A stretch of 64,000 nucleotides of DNA from Patescibacteria group bacterium (lineage in GTDB: Bacteria; Patescibacteriota; Saccharimonadia; Saccharimonadales; JAZKJC01), in NCBI GenBank assembly GCA_040384565.1, contig JAZKJC010000008.1, forward strand, positions 18,049-82,048. Reading direction: 5' to 3'. Of the stretch, positions 1 through 9,758 are shown piece after piece. Within the stretch, counting starts at the first letter, position 1. Each line of letters opens with the position of its first letter. Position numbers and translations under genes: made by a program. The notes beneath the pieces were generated by a model that was not told the origin of the DNA, searched no databases, and saw nothing but the letters and a program-made list of their open reading frames with translations.

Positions 1-865
1 GGATGGCCTCCGCACCGCCGGTTATTTCCGCCAGTTCTTGGGTGATTGCAGCCTGGCGCGCCGTGTTAAATTCTAGTGTTAAATCATCAATGATGTCGCT
101 GGCGTTATCGGTGGCGTTTTTCATGGCCAGCATACGCATTGAGTGCTCACTTGCCAAACTTTCCAGCAGCGCCTGCCAGATCTGCACTTCCAAAAGCCGT
201 TCTGTAACACTGTCCAGCACTACTTCTATAGATGGTTCAAAAGTTGTGTTGCTGAGTGTGTTTTCTGCTTCGTCGGATTCGTCAAACCTAGCAGGTAGCA
301 GTGGCATTGCCGTAGCAATTTGGACTAAATTGGACTTAAACTGGGTATATAGCACCTTGACGTCATCTATTTCCCGATCTCTGTACATATCTGAAGCAGT
401 GTTCAGAATTGGCCGAATATCGTTAGCGGTAGGGTGATCTGGAAGCTCAGTGTAGGCCGCAATAAGATCAATAGCCGTGACACGACGAGCAAATTTGGCG
501 CCTTGTTTGCCAACTGCTACAACCTGGCTTTTGATACCAGCTTTTTCATCCTCAATTATTGCTCGGGTGAGCATGCGGATGATGTTGGAGTTATAGGCAC
601 CAGCTAGCGTACTGTTACTTGTAATTACTACGTAAAGACGCTTTTTGACAGGGCGCGTAACAAACAGCGGGTGTTCGCTAACTTCCGTAATTGCGCTTAA
701 ACGTGTTAACAGGGAGTAAGCAAACTCACGGTAAGTCCGCCCAGCCAACGCGTACTCTTGCGCTCGACGCATTTTGCTAGCCGCCACCAATTGCATAGCC
801 TTAGTAATCTGCTTGGTGTTTTTGACGGAATTGATCCGACGTTTTAGGGTGATTGTATTAGCCAC
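1..865 (-). CDS. atpG: ATP synthase F1 gamma subunit (3' end runs off window)
   Basis: Not in ORF track. Minus strand from GTG at 865 reads MANTITLKRRINSVKNTKQITKAMQLVAASKMRRAQ and ends ...RQAAITQELAEITGGAEAI at the window edge. Confidence 0.95.
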   Translation of the reverse strand, partial: MANTITLKRRINSVKNTKQITKAMQLVAASKMRRAQEYALAGRTYREFAYSLLTRLSAITEVSEHPLFVTRPVKKRLYVVITSNSTLAGAYNSNIIRMLTRAIIEDEKAGIKSQVVAVGKQGAKFARRVTAIDLIAAYTELPDHPTANDIRPILNTASDMYRDREIDDVKVLYTQFKSNLVQIATAMPLLPARFDESDEAENTLSNTTFEPSIEVVLDSVTERLLEVQIWQALLESLASEHSMRMLAMKNATDNASDIIDDLTLEFNTARQAAITQELAEITGGAEAI

Positions 866-885
866 GCGGAGCCGCCTCCGGCAGC

Positions 886-916
886 GGAGAGAGGAGAGAG
901 GAGAGAGGAGAGAGGA
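886..916. repeat. Heptamer tandem repeat (GGAGAGA)x4
   Basis: Direct reading; lies between atpG start and the inserted ORF. Confidence 0.9.
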
Positions 917-919
917 AGA

Positions 920-1321
920 TCATAATTGCCCCTTTAGTTTGACGCCGGTTTCTTTGGCAATTTGCTCGATCCATTGCTGCATACGGGCAAGTTGGCGGTC
1001 GCGCGCAATGTTTTCCTGTTCGTAATCATCAATCCGCTTTATGAAATTATCAATAGAATTCATGAGCCTTTCCATACTACCTTCAAGTTTATCTATGCGC
1101 GACTCAAGCCGTTCAAAACGAGCCTCCATTTTGAATTCCAAGACATCAAACTTTTGATCCATTTTCTGAAATCGCTGATCCATTTTTTCAAATCGGTGAT
1201 CGACCTGACCAGAAAAATCACGAATAACACCAGCTATATCATCAACAATTGTTTTTGATGTTTTCTCCAATGCCCTATCAAGCGTGGACTGGGTTATTGC
1301 TGGGTCATTCACCTTATTCAT
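920..1321 (-). CDS. Coiled-coil hypothetical protein inserted in atp operon
   Basis: Heptad repeats (RFEKMDQRFQKMDQKFD); likely start MNKVND at 1321 (ORF track start 1378). Confidence 0.7.
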   Translation of the reverse strand: MNKVNDPAITQSTLDRALEKTSKTIVDDIAGVIRDFSGQVDHRFEKMDQRFQKMDQKFDVLEFKMEARFERLESRIDKLEGSMERLMNSIDNFIKRIDDYEQENIARDRQLARMQQWIEQIAKETGVKLKGQL

Positions 1322-1404
1322 ACCTGTTATTATACTCCATAGCCTTTGTGATTTGCTCCGTGTTAATGACAAAGCCAATTCGTCGGCGCTTAAGAGTAAT
1401 TGTA

Positions 1405-1761
1405 TTAGACACGGCTTGGAACCTCTAGTGCTTCATATGCTACCTGACAGACCTGTGTGACTAAGCTCTTTAGCGCTGGTGAGCTCCGTCCAAATACTAG
1501 CGTCGCCCTAATGTAACGTATTCTAGCTTCCGCAAGGGTTTCTGGTAAATCAGAACCTAAATACGCTAATGCATGCTCCTGAAACTTCGGTTCGAATGGA
1601 TCTAAGCCCCCGTCTCCAAGCAGACATGCTGTCGCTAAATCAGCTGTCACATCTTTGGCGGATTGAAGCAAAAATGTACTAGGGTCTAGGCTGCCAAAAT
1701 AAGGTTCCACTAATCCGTCTACAACTGCGTGTCGTGGTGGAACTTCCTGAAACAACGACAT
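1405..1761 (-). CDS. Hypothetical protein inserted between atpA and atpG
   Basis: 118-aa ORF starting 4 nt after atpA stop, same strand. Confidence 0.55.
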   Translation of the reverse strand: MSLFQEVPPRHAVVDGLVEPYFGSLDPSTFLLQSAKDVTADLATACLLGDGGLDPFEPKFQEHALAYLGSDLPETLAEARIRYIRATLVFGRSSPALKSLVTQVCQVAYEALEVPSRV

Positions 1762-1764
1762 ATA

Positions 1765-3312
1765 TTACTTAGCCTCCGCCTTTTCTTCAGGTTTATAGCT
1801 TACTGCTATCTTGTTAGCCAGGTCTATTATCATCTTCTGAACTTTTTCGTCTGGTTCGTCGCCTTTGTTGATGGCCTCAACTTCTTTGGCGTGGTCGTGC
1901 TTTAGCTCAATTAACAGGTTTGCCTCCGCGGTTTTGACTTTATCTAACGGGACTTTATCAAAACAACCGTTACTGGCTGCCAGTAGCGTGGCGTACATTT
2001 GCCAAACAGAGTATGGGCTGTACTGTGGTTGTTTGAGCAGTTCTGTCAGGCGCTGGCCACGCTCAATCCGGTGGCGGGTTTCGGCATCTAGATCGGTAGA
2101 AAACTGACTAAAAGCTGCTAATTCGCGGAATTGTGCCAGCTCAATTCGGAGGGACTTGGCAACTGATTTAACAGCTTTAGTCTGGGCGGAACTACCCACA
2201 CGGGACACTGACAAACCAACCGAAATTGCTGGCCTGATACCCTGATAGAACAAGTTTGTTTCCATGAAAATCTGGCCATCGGTAATACTAATGACGTTGG
2301 TAGGAATATAGGCGCTAATATCCCCAGCTTGAGTTTCGATAATTGGCAGGGCAGTGAGGCTACCAGCTCCAAGTTCGTCAGATAGTTTGGCAGCACGCTC
2401 CAGTAAACGAGAGTGCAGGTAAAATACATCACCAGGATAAGCTTCGCGGCCCGGTGGGCGGCGCAGTAGCAAGGACATCTGCCTATATGCAGCGGCGTGC
2501 TTGGTCAAATCATCGTAGATTATCAGAGCATGCTGCTTGTTGTCACGGAAATATTCGCCCATAGCAGTACCAGCGTATGGAGCCAGATATTGCAAGCTAG
2601 CCGGATCTGCTGCGCTGGTAGCGACTACTATAGTTTGATCCATAACACCCTCACGCTTGAGGCGTTCAACCAATCGGGCAACTTTGCTTAGCTTTTGGCC
2701 AATTGCAACATAAATGTTGATAACCCCAGTAGTTTGGCGATGCTGGTTAATCATTGTGTCTACAGCAACAGCGGTTTTACCGGTTTGACGATCTCCAATT
2801 ATAAGCTCACGTTGGCCACGCCCAATTGGCACCATGGCATCAATGGCAGTCAGGCCGGTCATCATTGGTTCATGCACGCTTTTGCGGGCGAGTACACCTG
2901 GAGCTGTGCGTTCGACACGGCTTACTTGGGTAGACTTTATGGCACCTTTGCCGTCCAGCGGGCGGCCTAACGGGTCAACCACGCGGCCGACAAGTTCTGG
3001 CCCAACCGGTACTTCAAGCACCTTGCCAGTCCGTTTAGCACTGGCACCAGCTTTGATAAGCGTATCGTCCCCTAGTAGCACGGCACCGATTTCGTCCTCA
3101 CCCAGGTTAAAGGCAAAGGCTGTCATGGTTGTGCCATCAGTTGTATTAATGTCTATCATCTCAGAATAGCCACACTTAGTAAGGCCGTACAGCCATACCA
3201 CGCCATCGCCTACGCGTGTTACCACGCCAACTTCTTCTATTTCAGGCTGTTTTTTTAGCTCGGATATTGCTGCTCGGATATCGGCTGACAGTTCAGCAAT
3301 AGATATATTCAT
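1765..3312 (-). CDS. atpA: ATP synthase F1 alpha subunit
   Basis: GDRQTGKT Walker [23 protein letters not shown]. Confidence 0.98.
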   Translation of the reverse strand: MNISIAELSADIRAAISELKKQPEIEEVGVVTRVGDGVVWLYGLTKCGYSEMIDINTTDGTTMTAFAFNLGEDEIGAVLLGDDTLIKAGASAKRTGKVLEVPVGPELVGRVVDPLGRPLDGKGAIKSTQVSRVERTAPGVLARKSVHEPMMTGLTAIDAMVPIGRGQRELIIGDRQTGKTAVAVDTMINQHRQTTGVINIYVAIGQKLSKVARLVERLKREGVMDQTIVVATSAADPASLQYLAPYAGTAMGEYFRDNKQHALIIYDDLTKHAAAYRQMSLLLRRPPGREAYPGDVFYLHSRLLERAAKLSDELGAGSLTALPIIETQAGDISAYIPTNVISITDGQIFMETNLFYQGIRPAISVGLSVSRVGSSAQTKAVKSVAKSLRIELAQFRELAAFSQFSTDLDAETRHRIERGQRLTELLKQPQYSPYSVWQMYATLLAASNGCFDKVPLDKVKTAEANLLIELKHDHAKEVEAINKGDEPDEKVQKMIIDLANKIAVSYKPEEKAEAK

Positions 3313-3716
3313 AGGGATCCTCCCGCGCCAGTTAAGGTCTTAAATTTAGATAATTTTGCCTTAATTGTCATATCCAGCTGTTGGTTTGGCATATCTATTT
3401 TGATCCCTCCAATCACGGCAGCGTCATGCACCTGATTCAAGCTAATATTTTTAGCTTTTGGATAAGCGGACTTTAGCCATTGCTTAACGTCTTGTAACAC
3501 CTCGTCCTCAACTTGGTGAGCAGTAACAACATCTGCTTCTAAAATACCGTGTTCCTGACGATATTGCATAACATCACGCAAGATAGATTCCAGCTCGGCG
3601 GTTCGGCCTTCTGTCAGCAGATAAGCGGCAATTTCGCGCGCCAACGTCTTGGTATCACTCGTCTCAAGAGTGCGTTTAGCAATCACTTGAGCCAGTACGT
3701 GTCGTGGAACCCTCAT
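3309..3716 (-). CDS. atpH: ATP synthase delta subunit (short CPR-type)
   Basis: C-terminal D..VIGGIKI...[13 protein letters not shown] motif; position between atpF and atpA. Confidence 0.85.
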   Translation of the reverse strand: MRVPRHVLAQVIAKRTLETSDTKTLAREIAAYLLTEGRTAELESILRDVMQYRQEHGILEADVVTAHQVEDEVLQDVKQWLKSAYPKAKNISLNQVHDAAVIGGIKIDMPNQQLDMTIKAKLSKFKTLTGAGGSL

Positions 3717-3733
3717 GCGCGTGCCTCGCAGTC

Positions 3734-3804
3734 AACAGCAAACAGTAAACAGTAAACAGTTGAGGCAATGTTTTTTAAGCTGTAAGCTGTAAGCTGTAAG
3801 CTGT
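3734..3804. repeat. Two facing heptamer arrays (AACAG[C/T]A)x~4 and (TAAGCTG)x4
   Basis: 3734-3760 and 3776-3803; imperfectly complementary with ACAG/CTGT every 7 nt. Confidence 0.85.
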
Positions 3805-3807
3805 TCA

Positions 3808-4344
3808 CTATTTCCTCCCTTTCAGGGCTTTGTCTATAAGCTTAGAATCTTTGGTGGCATCAACTTTTTCCTCTACGATTGCCTCGGTGGCTTCAGACAC
3901 AATACCTACAATTTCTTTTTCCAGCTTGCGCTTGGCTTGCTCGGTTTCCTCATTTATGCGGGCTTCAGCATCCTTGAGCATGGTATCAACTTTGCGTTGG
4001 CCGACCTTTTCGGCTTCTCGGATAATTTCTCGGGCTTCTTTTTGGCCATTGCCAATAATTTTGTCAGCTTCAATACGCGCGTCACGCATAACCTGGGTGA
4101 TTTCGGAATCTAATTTAGCTCGCTCTTTTTCCATGCGCTGGCCCAGCTTTACACCGTCTTCAATAGTCTTTCGTCGTTCCACGAGCATTTTAGTAATAGG
4201 CTTAAACGCAAATCTCTTAAGAATTAAAAACACCAGAGTAAAGGTAATCAATTGGAAAATCAGGCTCTTAGCATCTACACCCAAAGCCGCTAATGGTGAG
4301 GCTTCAGCTGAAGCTTCTTCAACTGCAAAAAACATTCCTATCAT
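3808..4344 (-). CDS. atpF: ATP synthase F0 subunit b
   Basis: N-terminal TM, LKRFAFKPI...ERR, long coiled coil. Confidence 0.95.
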   Translation of the reverse strand: MIGMFFAVEEASAEASPLAALGVDAKSLIFQLITFTLVFLILKRFAFKPITKMLVERRKTIEDGVKLGQRMEKERAKLDSEITQVMRDARIEADKIIGNGQKEAREIIREAEKVGQRKVDTMLKDAEARINEETEQAKRKLEKEIVGIVSEATEAIVEEKVDATKDSKLIDKALKGRK

Positions 4345-4362
4345 GCAGATCCTTTCCGGGTG

Positions 4363-4599
4363 TTACTTAATAATGAAGACACTGGCGAATACGAGTAACG
4401 CCATCAGCTCGATAATAGCGATAATCACCAAAATCTGACCTAGGTACTTGGAAGCTTCCGGGTTACGGCCAACGGCTGTCATGAAAGCGTTTCCAATCAA
4501 GCCAATACCAATAGCTGGCCCGATCATACCAAAGCCCATCATTATGCCCTTGGCTAATACGGCAGTGTTAATTGCGTCTTCTGCGGCAAAATAAAACAT
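4363..4599 (-). CDS. atpE: ATP synthase F0 subunit c
   Basis: GxGxxG helix, GRNPE loop, conserved Glu (IIELMAL). Confidence 0.95.
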   Translation of the reverse strand: MFYFAAEDAINTAVLAKGIMMGFGMIGPAIGIGLIGNAFMTAVGRNPEASKYLGQILVIIAIIELMALLVFASVFIIK

Positions 4600-4621
4600 T
4601 TATATCTCCTTACTTAATTTA

Positions 4622-5470
4622 CTAATTAGCTGCACTACCAACCTCGTCTTTGACTACTTTCTCGACAGTTAGGTGGTCATCCGGTGATTCATGAGCGTCA
4701 TGCTCGCCGTGCTTAACAGCAACAGCAAGGTACATAACCGTCAACATGACAAATATATAAGCTTGGAGTGCGCCAACCATCAACTCCAGAATAGTAAATG
4801 GCAGGGCCGTTATTGGTCCTGCCAGTCCGCCGAGCGTAGAGAATACGGCAATAATAATTTCACCTATCGCCACATTCAAAAACAGTCGCAAGGCTAGGCT
4901 GGCAATACGCGTAACGTCGCTAAACATTTCAAAAATTCCCAGAAGTAGTGTCAAAGGATTTTTAAGGCTGCCATTAAAATAATGGCGCAAATGCCTGCCA
5001 ATGCCAGATTCCTTGATGGCAAAGTACTGAATCAGCAGCCAGCTAATAATGGCCGCGGCCAATGTACCATTCAGATCTGCCGTAAATGGCCGCGCCAGAG
5101 GTTGACCGTTAGAAGTAAACGCCTCACCAACTCCAGGCAGTAGCCCCAACCAGTTAGTGAGCATGATAAAGAAGAATATAGACACAAAATATGGGGCGTA
5201 TTTGACCGCCTTGGCTTCGCTACCCATAGAACTTCTAAGCAAGTCGGTAATAAAATCCGTGCCAGCCTCTACCAGCTGAGTAACGCCCCCCTTGGGCAGA
5301 AGTGTCATCCGGCGGGCTACGGTAACTAGCAAAGTTATGATGATGATAGAGCAAACTACTCCGTACAGCATAGAATTGGTGATAGGAAAGCCATTGATAT
5401 AAAACACCGTCAAAGGCGTAATGTGTACCACTGGCTCAATAGCAAAATTGGAAATCAAGGAACTAAACAC
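4622..5470 (-). CDS. atpB: ATP synthase F0 subunit a
   Basis: NWLGLLPG, SLALRLFLN, LQAYIFVML. Confidence 0.95.
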   Translation of the reverse strand: MFSSLISNFAIEPVVHITPLTVFYINGFPITNSMLYGVVCSIIIITLLVTVARRMTLLPKGGVTQLVEAGTDFITDLLRSSMGSEAKAVKYAPYFVSIFFFIMLTNWLGLLPGVGEAFTSNGQPLARPFTADLNGTLAAAIISWLLIQYFAIKESGIGRHLRHYFNGSLKNPLTLLLGIFEMFSDVTRIASLALRLFLNVAIGEIIIAVFSTLGGLAGPITALPFTILELMVGALQAYIFVMLTVMYLAVAVKHGEHDAHESPDDHLTVEKVVKDEVGSAAN

Positions 5471-5783
5471 GCTTTAACCTCCTAGTCCGTTTCTTGGACT
5501 TAGAGTCTTGTTCTGCTTGTTCTTGATTGACTTCCTTGATAGTCGCCCATACGGCGGCGCAACCAGCCACTGTGGCAATCATAAGACCAAGTAGAGTAAA
5601 CGATGGCGCGCTTTTGAAACGCTCATCAATCTTGACGCCTGCCACAATAGGGATAACAACAGTTACCGCCAAGCGAAATCCCATATTAGTAGTGGCCGCC
5701 AAAAATTGACGTTTAGCAGACAGTGCAATAATATTTTGCTCCAAGCTATCAATACTAGTCGTCTTAGCGGCGGCTTTCCTCAT
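5463..5783 (-). CDS. AtpZ/AtpI-family membrane protein
   Basis: Two TM segments with G..ID.RF...P.F motif at head of atp operon. Confidence 0.75.
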   Translation of the reverse strand: MRKAAAKTTSIDSLEQNIIALSAKRQFLAATTNMGFRLAVTVVIPIVAGVKIDERFKSAPSFTLLGLMIATVAGCAAVWATIKEVNQEQAEQDSKSKKRTRRLKRV

Positions 5784-5941
5784 CTACAGAGTATAGTATC
5801 AAATTAACAGATCACCCACAACCCCCCTTGGTTAAAAAGCTGAATATTGATAGGGCACTAGCGCAAAGCCGTTTTTAATTTTTGCATATGGACGTGTTTT
5901 GTAGCAGAATTAAGATCAACGTAGAAACTAATTGGAATGTT

Positions 5942-6547
5942 ATGACTGAACTTGCGAGACCTATTGTGTGGGTGGATATGGACGGTGTGCTTGCTGATTT
6001 TGGGCAGGGCGTTGAGCTAGAACTGCCACCACACATTCCAATCGTCCGACCCCGTAAGAATTTATATCTTGATCTTGATTATCCCGAATATTCAGCAGTT
6101 GTTTTGGGCATAATTAGAGCTCCGGGATTTTACAGAAAGTTGCCACCCATAGAAAGCGCACTAGAAGGTTGGCAACGCTTAATAGATCTTGAGTATGATC
6201 CGCGGGTATTGTCGTCTCCCCTGCAAGCCAATCCCGCTTGCAGTACAGAAAAGCGGGATTGGCTAAAATCACACTTTGTACCACATTTTGGCCGTAAAGT
6301 GGTTGACCAAGCGCTTTTTGTAAAAGATAAGTCAAGCCAAAGAGGCATTGCACTAATAGATGACCATCCTGCCATACCTGGCGCCGAAGCCGCCGACTGG
6401 CAGCACCTTGTTTTTGACCAACCCTATAATGCGCAGGTTGAAACAGAGTTCCGTTTGCACGGGTGGAATGATCCACAGCTGCCCGAGTTATTAGAAAGAG
6501 CCCGTAACATCCAACGCCTTGGCTACATGGCACTACACCGTACATGA
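5942..6547 (+). CDS. 5'(3')-deoxyribonucleotidase (NT5C, HAD family)
   Basis: DMDGVLADF, EKRDWL, LIDD, FDQPYN motifs. Confidence 0.9.
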   Translation: MTELARPIVWVDMDGVLADFGQGVELELPPHIPIVRPRKNLYLDLDYPEYSAVVLGIIRAPGFYRKLPPIESALEGWQRLIDLEYDPRVLSSPLQANPACSTEKRDWLKSHFVPHFGRKVVDQALFVKDKSSQRGIALIDDHPAIPGAEAADWQHLVFDQPYNAQVETEFRLHGWNDPQLPELLERARNIQRLGYMALHRT

Positions 6548-6586
6548 AAGTTTTAAATTTAAGATTAATTGTGTTTTAATAAAGTT

Positions 6587-6826
6587 ATGCCTCGACATTT
6601 TGGTTGGCCTGATCTACCTCCGCCACCAGATCGCTCGGATTGCTTGCCAATCCGAGCAAGAGAAGATGTGATGTTAGCGTTAGCCAGACATACGTTACCA
6701 CCTATTAATCCAGAACTCGTAGATCATATCCTCGGTCATGCTCCTTGTGCTGACGAATTTGAAGTTATCAGCTCTAATCCTGATATGCACGATGCTTTAC
6801 GGAAAGCCGAAGCACCAGATTACTAA
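6587..6826 (+). CDS. Hypothetical protein
   Basis: Short ORF, no motif; may be frameshifted at the 3' end. Confidence 0.4.
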   Translation: MPRHFGWPDLPPPPDRSDCLPIRAREDVMLALARHTLPPINPELVDHILGHAPCADEFEVISSNPDMHDALRKAEAPDY

Positions 6827-7108
6827 TTCAACAAATCTACGATGGATTTGACGATCGACTTAATTCAAAACTGAGTGAGGCTTTAATGAAGAGTACTCTT
6901 TATCATAGGTGTTATTTTGTAATAGTCAGCTTTATGAAGTTTTGCATTTTGTGACTCGATCTCTAACGGATATGCTAATAACACTAAACTAGGCCCGAGT
7001 TTCGCATTTAGCCACTGGTTTCAGATGCGACTAAGAGGGAATCGAAAAGTGCGAAACACATGTCAGAGCAAACTCTCATCTATCCAAACATAATCCACCC
7101 CTATAATT

Positions 7109-7148
7109 CCTACAACTTTTTAATGCGATCGCATTAAAAAGTTGTAGG
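7109..7148. repeat. Perfect 40-bp palindrome abutting stop codon of the PaaX/Cas2-like gene
   Basis: CCTACAACTTTTTAATGCGATCGCATTAAAAAGTTGTAGG is its own reverse complement. Confidence 0.95.
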
Positions 7149-7739
7149 TTAGGATGTTTTAAGAAGTTGCTTGAACCGGGCACGTAGTAGCTCTTCATTA
7201 TCAATCTTTGCTATTTCGATCAGTGTTACATAGTGACGAATTTCCAGTACATGGCACACGGCTTCTATCTCAGCCCGGCATGGGAAGGGGTACACCCAAA
7301 TACTGATTTGCAGTTGCCGGAAGCCAAGTTGCTTAAGTTTAAGATTTAAAGAGTTTCGCTTAGCACGTTCTTTCTCCGGAATATCAAAAAATACGAGGCG
7401 CCACATCTTATCCCATCTAGTTTGATATGGAATTTCCATGTTCTCAAAATTTGATTTGCGCAAACGATCCCTGCCAGCTTTTGTAAGTTTTATGCCATGC
7501 CCATAATCATGTGAGTCGTATTTGATCAGACCTTTTTGTTTCATGTAGCCCATAATTCGTCTCAACTCACGTTCACGTTGACGCTTATCGAGTCCTTTTA
7601 TCAGCTTATTGAGCGGTTTATCAAAGATTTGAACAGCGTTCGGAGCAATTACTATCGTGGTGATAAACCCACCAGCTGCAACAAACTTAAGAATTCCATC
7701 AATAATTGCTGCAGTCGTGTCCTTAGTACGTATAGTCAC
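7149..7739 (-). CDS. PaaX-like wHTH + Cas2/VapD-like domain protein
   Basis: wHTH (LRRIMGYMKQKGLI...KLTKAGR) then WDKMWRLVFFDIPEKERAKRNSL..KLKQLGFRQLQISIWVYP; likely GTG start 7739 (ORF track 7754). Confidence 0.85.
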   Translation of the reverse strand: MTIRTKDTTAAIIDGILKFVAAGGFITTIVIAPNAVQIFDKPLNKLIKGLDKRQRERELRRIMGYMKQKGLIKYDSHDYGHGIKLTKAGRDRLRKSNFENMEIPYQTRWDKMWRLVFFDIPEKERAKRNSLNLKLKQLGFRQLQISIWVYPFPCRAEIEAVCHVLEIRHYVTLIEIAKIDNEELLRARFKQLLKTS

Positions 7740-7749
7740 ATATATATAA

Positions 7750-7785
7750 TACAACTTTTCAATGCGATCGCATTGAAAAGTTGTA
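7750..7785. repeat. Perfect 36-bp palindrome over the promoter of the PaaX/Cas2-like gene
   Basis: TACAACTTTTCAATGCGATCGCATTGAAAAGTTGTA; differs from the 7111-7146 copy by one compensatory pair. Confidence 0.95.
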
Positions 7786-7872
7786 GGGATTGATCTGTTG
7801 TGTTTGTGGTTTGTTGTTGTTTTATGGTGTAATTTTTGAGTGATTGTGGTGGGCGCGTGGTATGATTAGCTC

Positions 7873-8109
7873 ATGGTTATTGTTTATTCAGCCGATTGGT
7901 GCGCCTTCTGTCACGCAGCCATGCAATACTTTGACAAGCTGGGCGTGAAATACGAGGAGCGCAACGTGGAGACAAACCCGCAGTATATGCATGAATCCAT
8001 CCAAAAATCCGGCCAAATGGGCATCCCGGTCATTGATATAGACGGAAAAATAATCATTGGGTTCAACCGCCCAGCAATCGACCAAGCCATTTTGGCAAAA
8101 AAATATTGA
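7873..8109 (+). CDS. Glutaredoxin / NrdH-like redoxin
   Basis: WCAFC, SGQMGIPVIDIDGKIIIGF. Confidence 0.92.
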   Translation: MVIVYSADWCAFCHAAMQYFDKLGVKYEERNVETNPQYMHESIQKSGQMGIPVIDIDGKIIIGFNRPAIDQAILAKKY

Positions 8110-8173
8110 CACGCAAATAGTTATCTAGTATAATATAATCAGATGGTCTCAGTTTATTAAGTGATGATACGCT

Positions 8174-9736
8174 ATGTCAACAGCAATTGAAGAAACTCAA
8201 GTACTGTCAACAGCGACAGTAATAGGTGATGTTAAGGCTAGCCTCAAGTTACAGCTAGCTTATGAGCACCCTTTAATGCAAGAACTTGTCTTCGCCCTGG
8301 AAGGTTCGGATGATCCAGATATATCGCTTTGCATTCAATCTACTGGGGATTATATAAGCGAACTTACTCCTTCGCTTGCACTTGAGGCAGCCAACGAAAC
8401 AAGATTAGAAGTTGTAACCGCGGTAGAGGGCAGTTATCCGGATGGATTCACGCGCACTGACAACCATCTTACTGACCCCACAGTTATCAGTGAACCAGGA
8501 GCAAAATCTCACAAATTCAGACGTGCCAAAAATAGAGCCATATTAGCTTCTAAAACAAAGCTTTTGGCAGAAATTAAAATTGACGATATTACCGACCACC
8601 CCACAGTAGCAGCAGAGGAGGCTGAGCTTGAAAGTGCAGTACTTCTAACATTTGCTCAAAAGCAAATCCGTATTTTTGAACTGGCTAATACAATTGCCGA
8701 TACCCTAGCGCCTAGGCGTAGCCGTATTGTTTGCGCTGCGCTTGGAAAGCTTGGTATGGGCCGAAGAGTTTTGCCCAATTTACTCCGCAGTACAACTACT
8801 GCTAACCTTCACCGCACTATAGCAGAACTTGTTAGTCAAATTGGAAGCCTCAGCGACCCTAAGGCGATAGGTCAAGAAGCGGCACTACTGTTGGTCCCAA
8901 GTGTGGTTTCAAAAGCCAGAGAACAGACAAAAAAGTATTATGAGGATATGATTGAGGCAGAACTTTTAACCTTATCTTCTGCCCTACATACTTTACGCAA
9001 GGAAGGTGCTCTGCCACAGCACAAAAGCAGCACCCTTTCACTAGTTAAACCACGCCCGCTTAGCAGCTCTGGAAGTATCGAAGTAGTGATCGATCTACGC
9101 GATCAAGACCCAGAGCCTGTTGACAAGGGAACAACTGATGTTCGTCCAAATGATGTACTGGACGCCACAATGCATACTTTAGCTACCCTGGACGGACGAC
9201 AAGACCCACTCAATGGCCAGGCTAACCTGTCCGAAAAAGCAGCCGCACAGATCAAGCTCATGTTTCCAAATGTAAGTGTGGGCAGAAGGTTTGGTAAGGC
9301 TTATACCGTTCAACCAGTTGGTAGTAACAAAGGCTTATTTCATAAAGATATGGAATCGGCATTAGATGGGCTTATGCAAACACGAGAAATTAAGCGATGG
9401 ATAGCCGAACACCCTAGTACTGCTGGAAGCGTCCGCAGTCTCCTTATGACATTACTCAGCAATCCCCTAGGAACAGGAGTTGAGAAAATTGAAAATGGTT
9501 ATGTGCCAGTGAGCGATGGCAAAAATATAGCACGAAGAACGCAAATGCGCCGTTTTAGTGCCCGCAAAGCAGCTTCTGGCACTCAGAGCCTTTCAAGTAA
9601 TGTAAGTGACCCTGAGCTTAATAAGCTTAGGCTGATTTATGCTTTGCCTGTAATCGATGGCAAGACCGTATTCATGCTGATTGACGCTGGACATAAGCAA
9701 GGCTTTGAAACCAATATACAAAAAAAATACTCCTAA
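8174..9736 (+). CDS. Hypothetical protein, possible RelE-like C-terminus
   Basis: 520-aa ORF; C-terminal KLRLIYA...FMLIDAGHK pattern. Confidence 0.6.
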   Translation: MSTAIEETQVLSTATVIGDVKASLKLQLAYEHPLMQELVFALEGSDDPDISLCIQSTGDYISELTPSLALEAANETRLEVVTAVEGSYPDGFTRTDNHLTDPTVISEPGAKSHKFRRAKNRAILASKTKLLAEIKIDDITDHPTVAAEEAELESAVLLTFAQKQIRIFELANTIADTLAPRRSRIVCAALGKLGMGRRVLPNLLRSTTTANLHRTIAELVSQIGSLSDPKAIGQEAALLLVPSVVSKAREQTKKYYEDMIEAELLTLSSALHTLRKEGALPQHKSSTLSLVKPRPLSSSGSIEVVIDLRDQDPEPVDKGTTDVRPNDVLDATMHTLATLDGRQDPLNGQANLSEKAAAQIKLMFPNVSVGRRFGKAYTVQPVGSNKGLFHKDMESALDGLMQTREIKRWIAEHPSTAGSVRSLLMTLLSNPLGTGVEKIENGYVPVSDGKNIARRTQMRRFSARKAASGTQSLSSNVSDPELNKLRLIYALPVIDGKTVFMLIDAGHKQGFETNIQKKYS

Positions 9737-9758
9737 TTAAACTCTGTATACTGAGAGT

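Noticed and set aside
3-437. Plus-strand ORFs over the atp operon (3-437, 774-1025, 3830-4438 etc.) and similar antisense ORFs elsewhere
   Set aside because: Shadows of well-supported genes on the opposite strand
6815-6955. Frameshifted continuation of the 6587-6826 ORF
   Set aside because: The alternative frame is open but no homology evidence is available to support it
7109-7785. CRISPR array suggested by 36-bp repeats next to a Cas2-like gene
   Set aside because: Only two copies, separated by a 600-bp gene rather than spacers; no cas1 or effector genes
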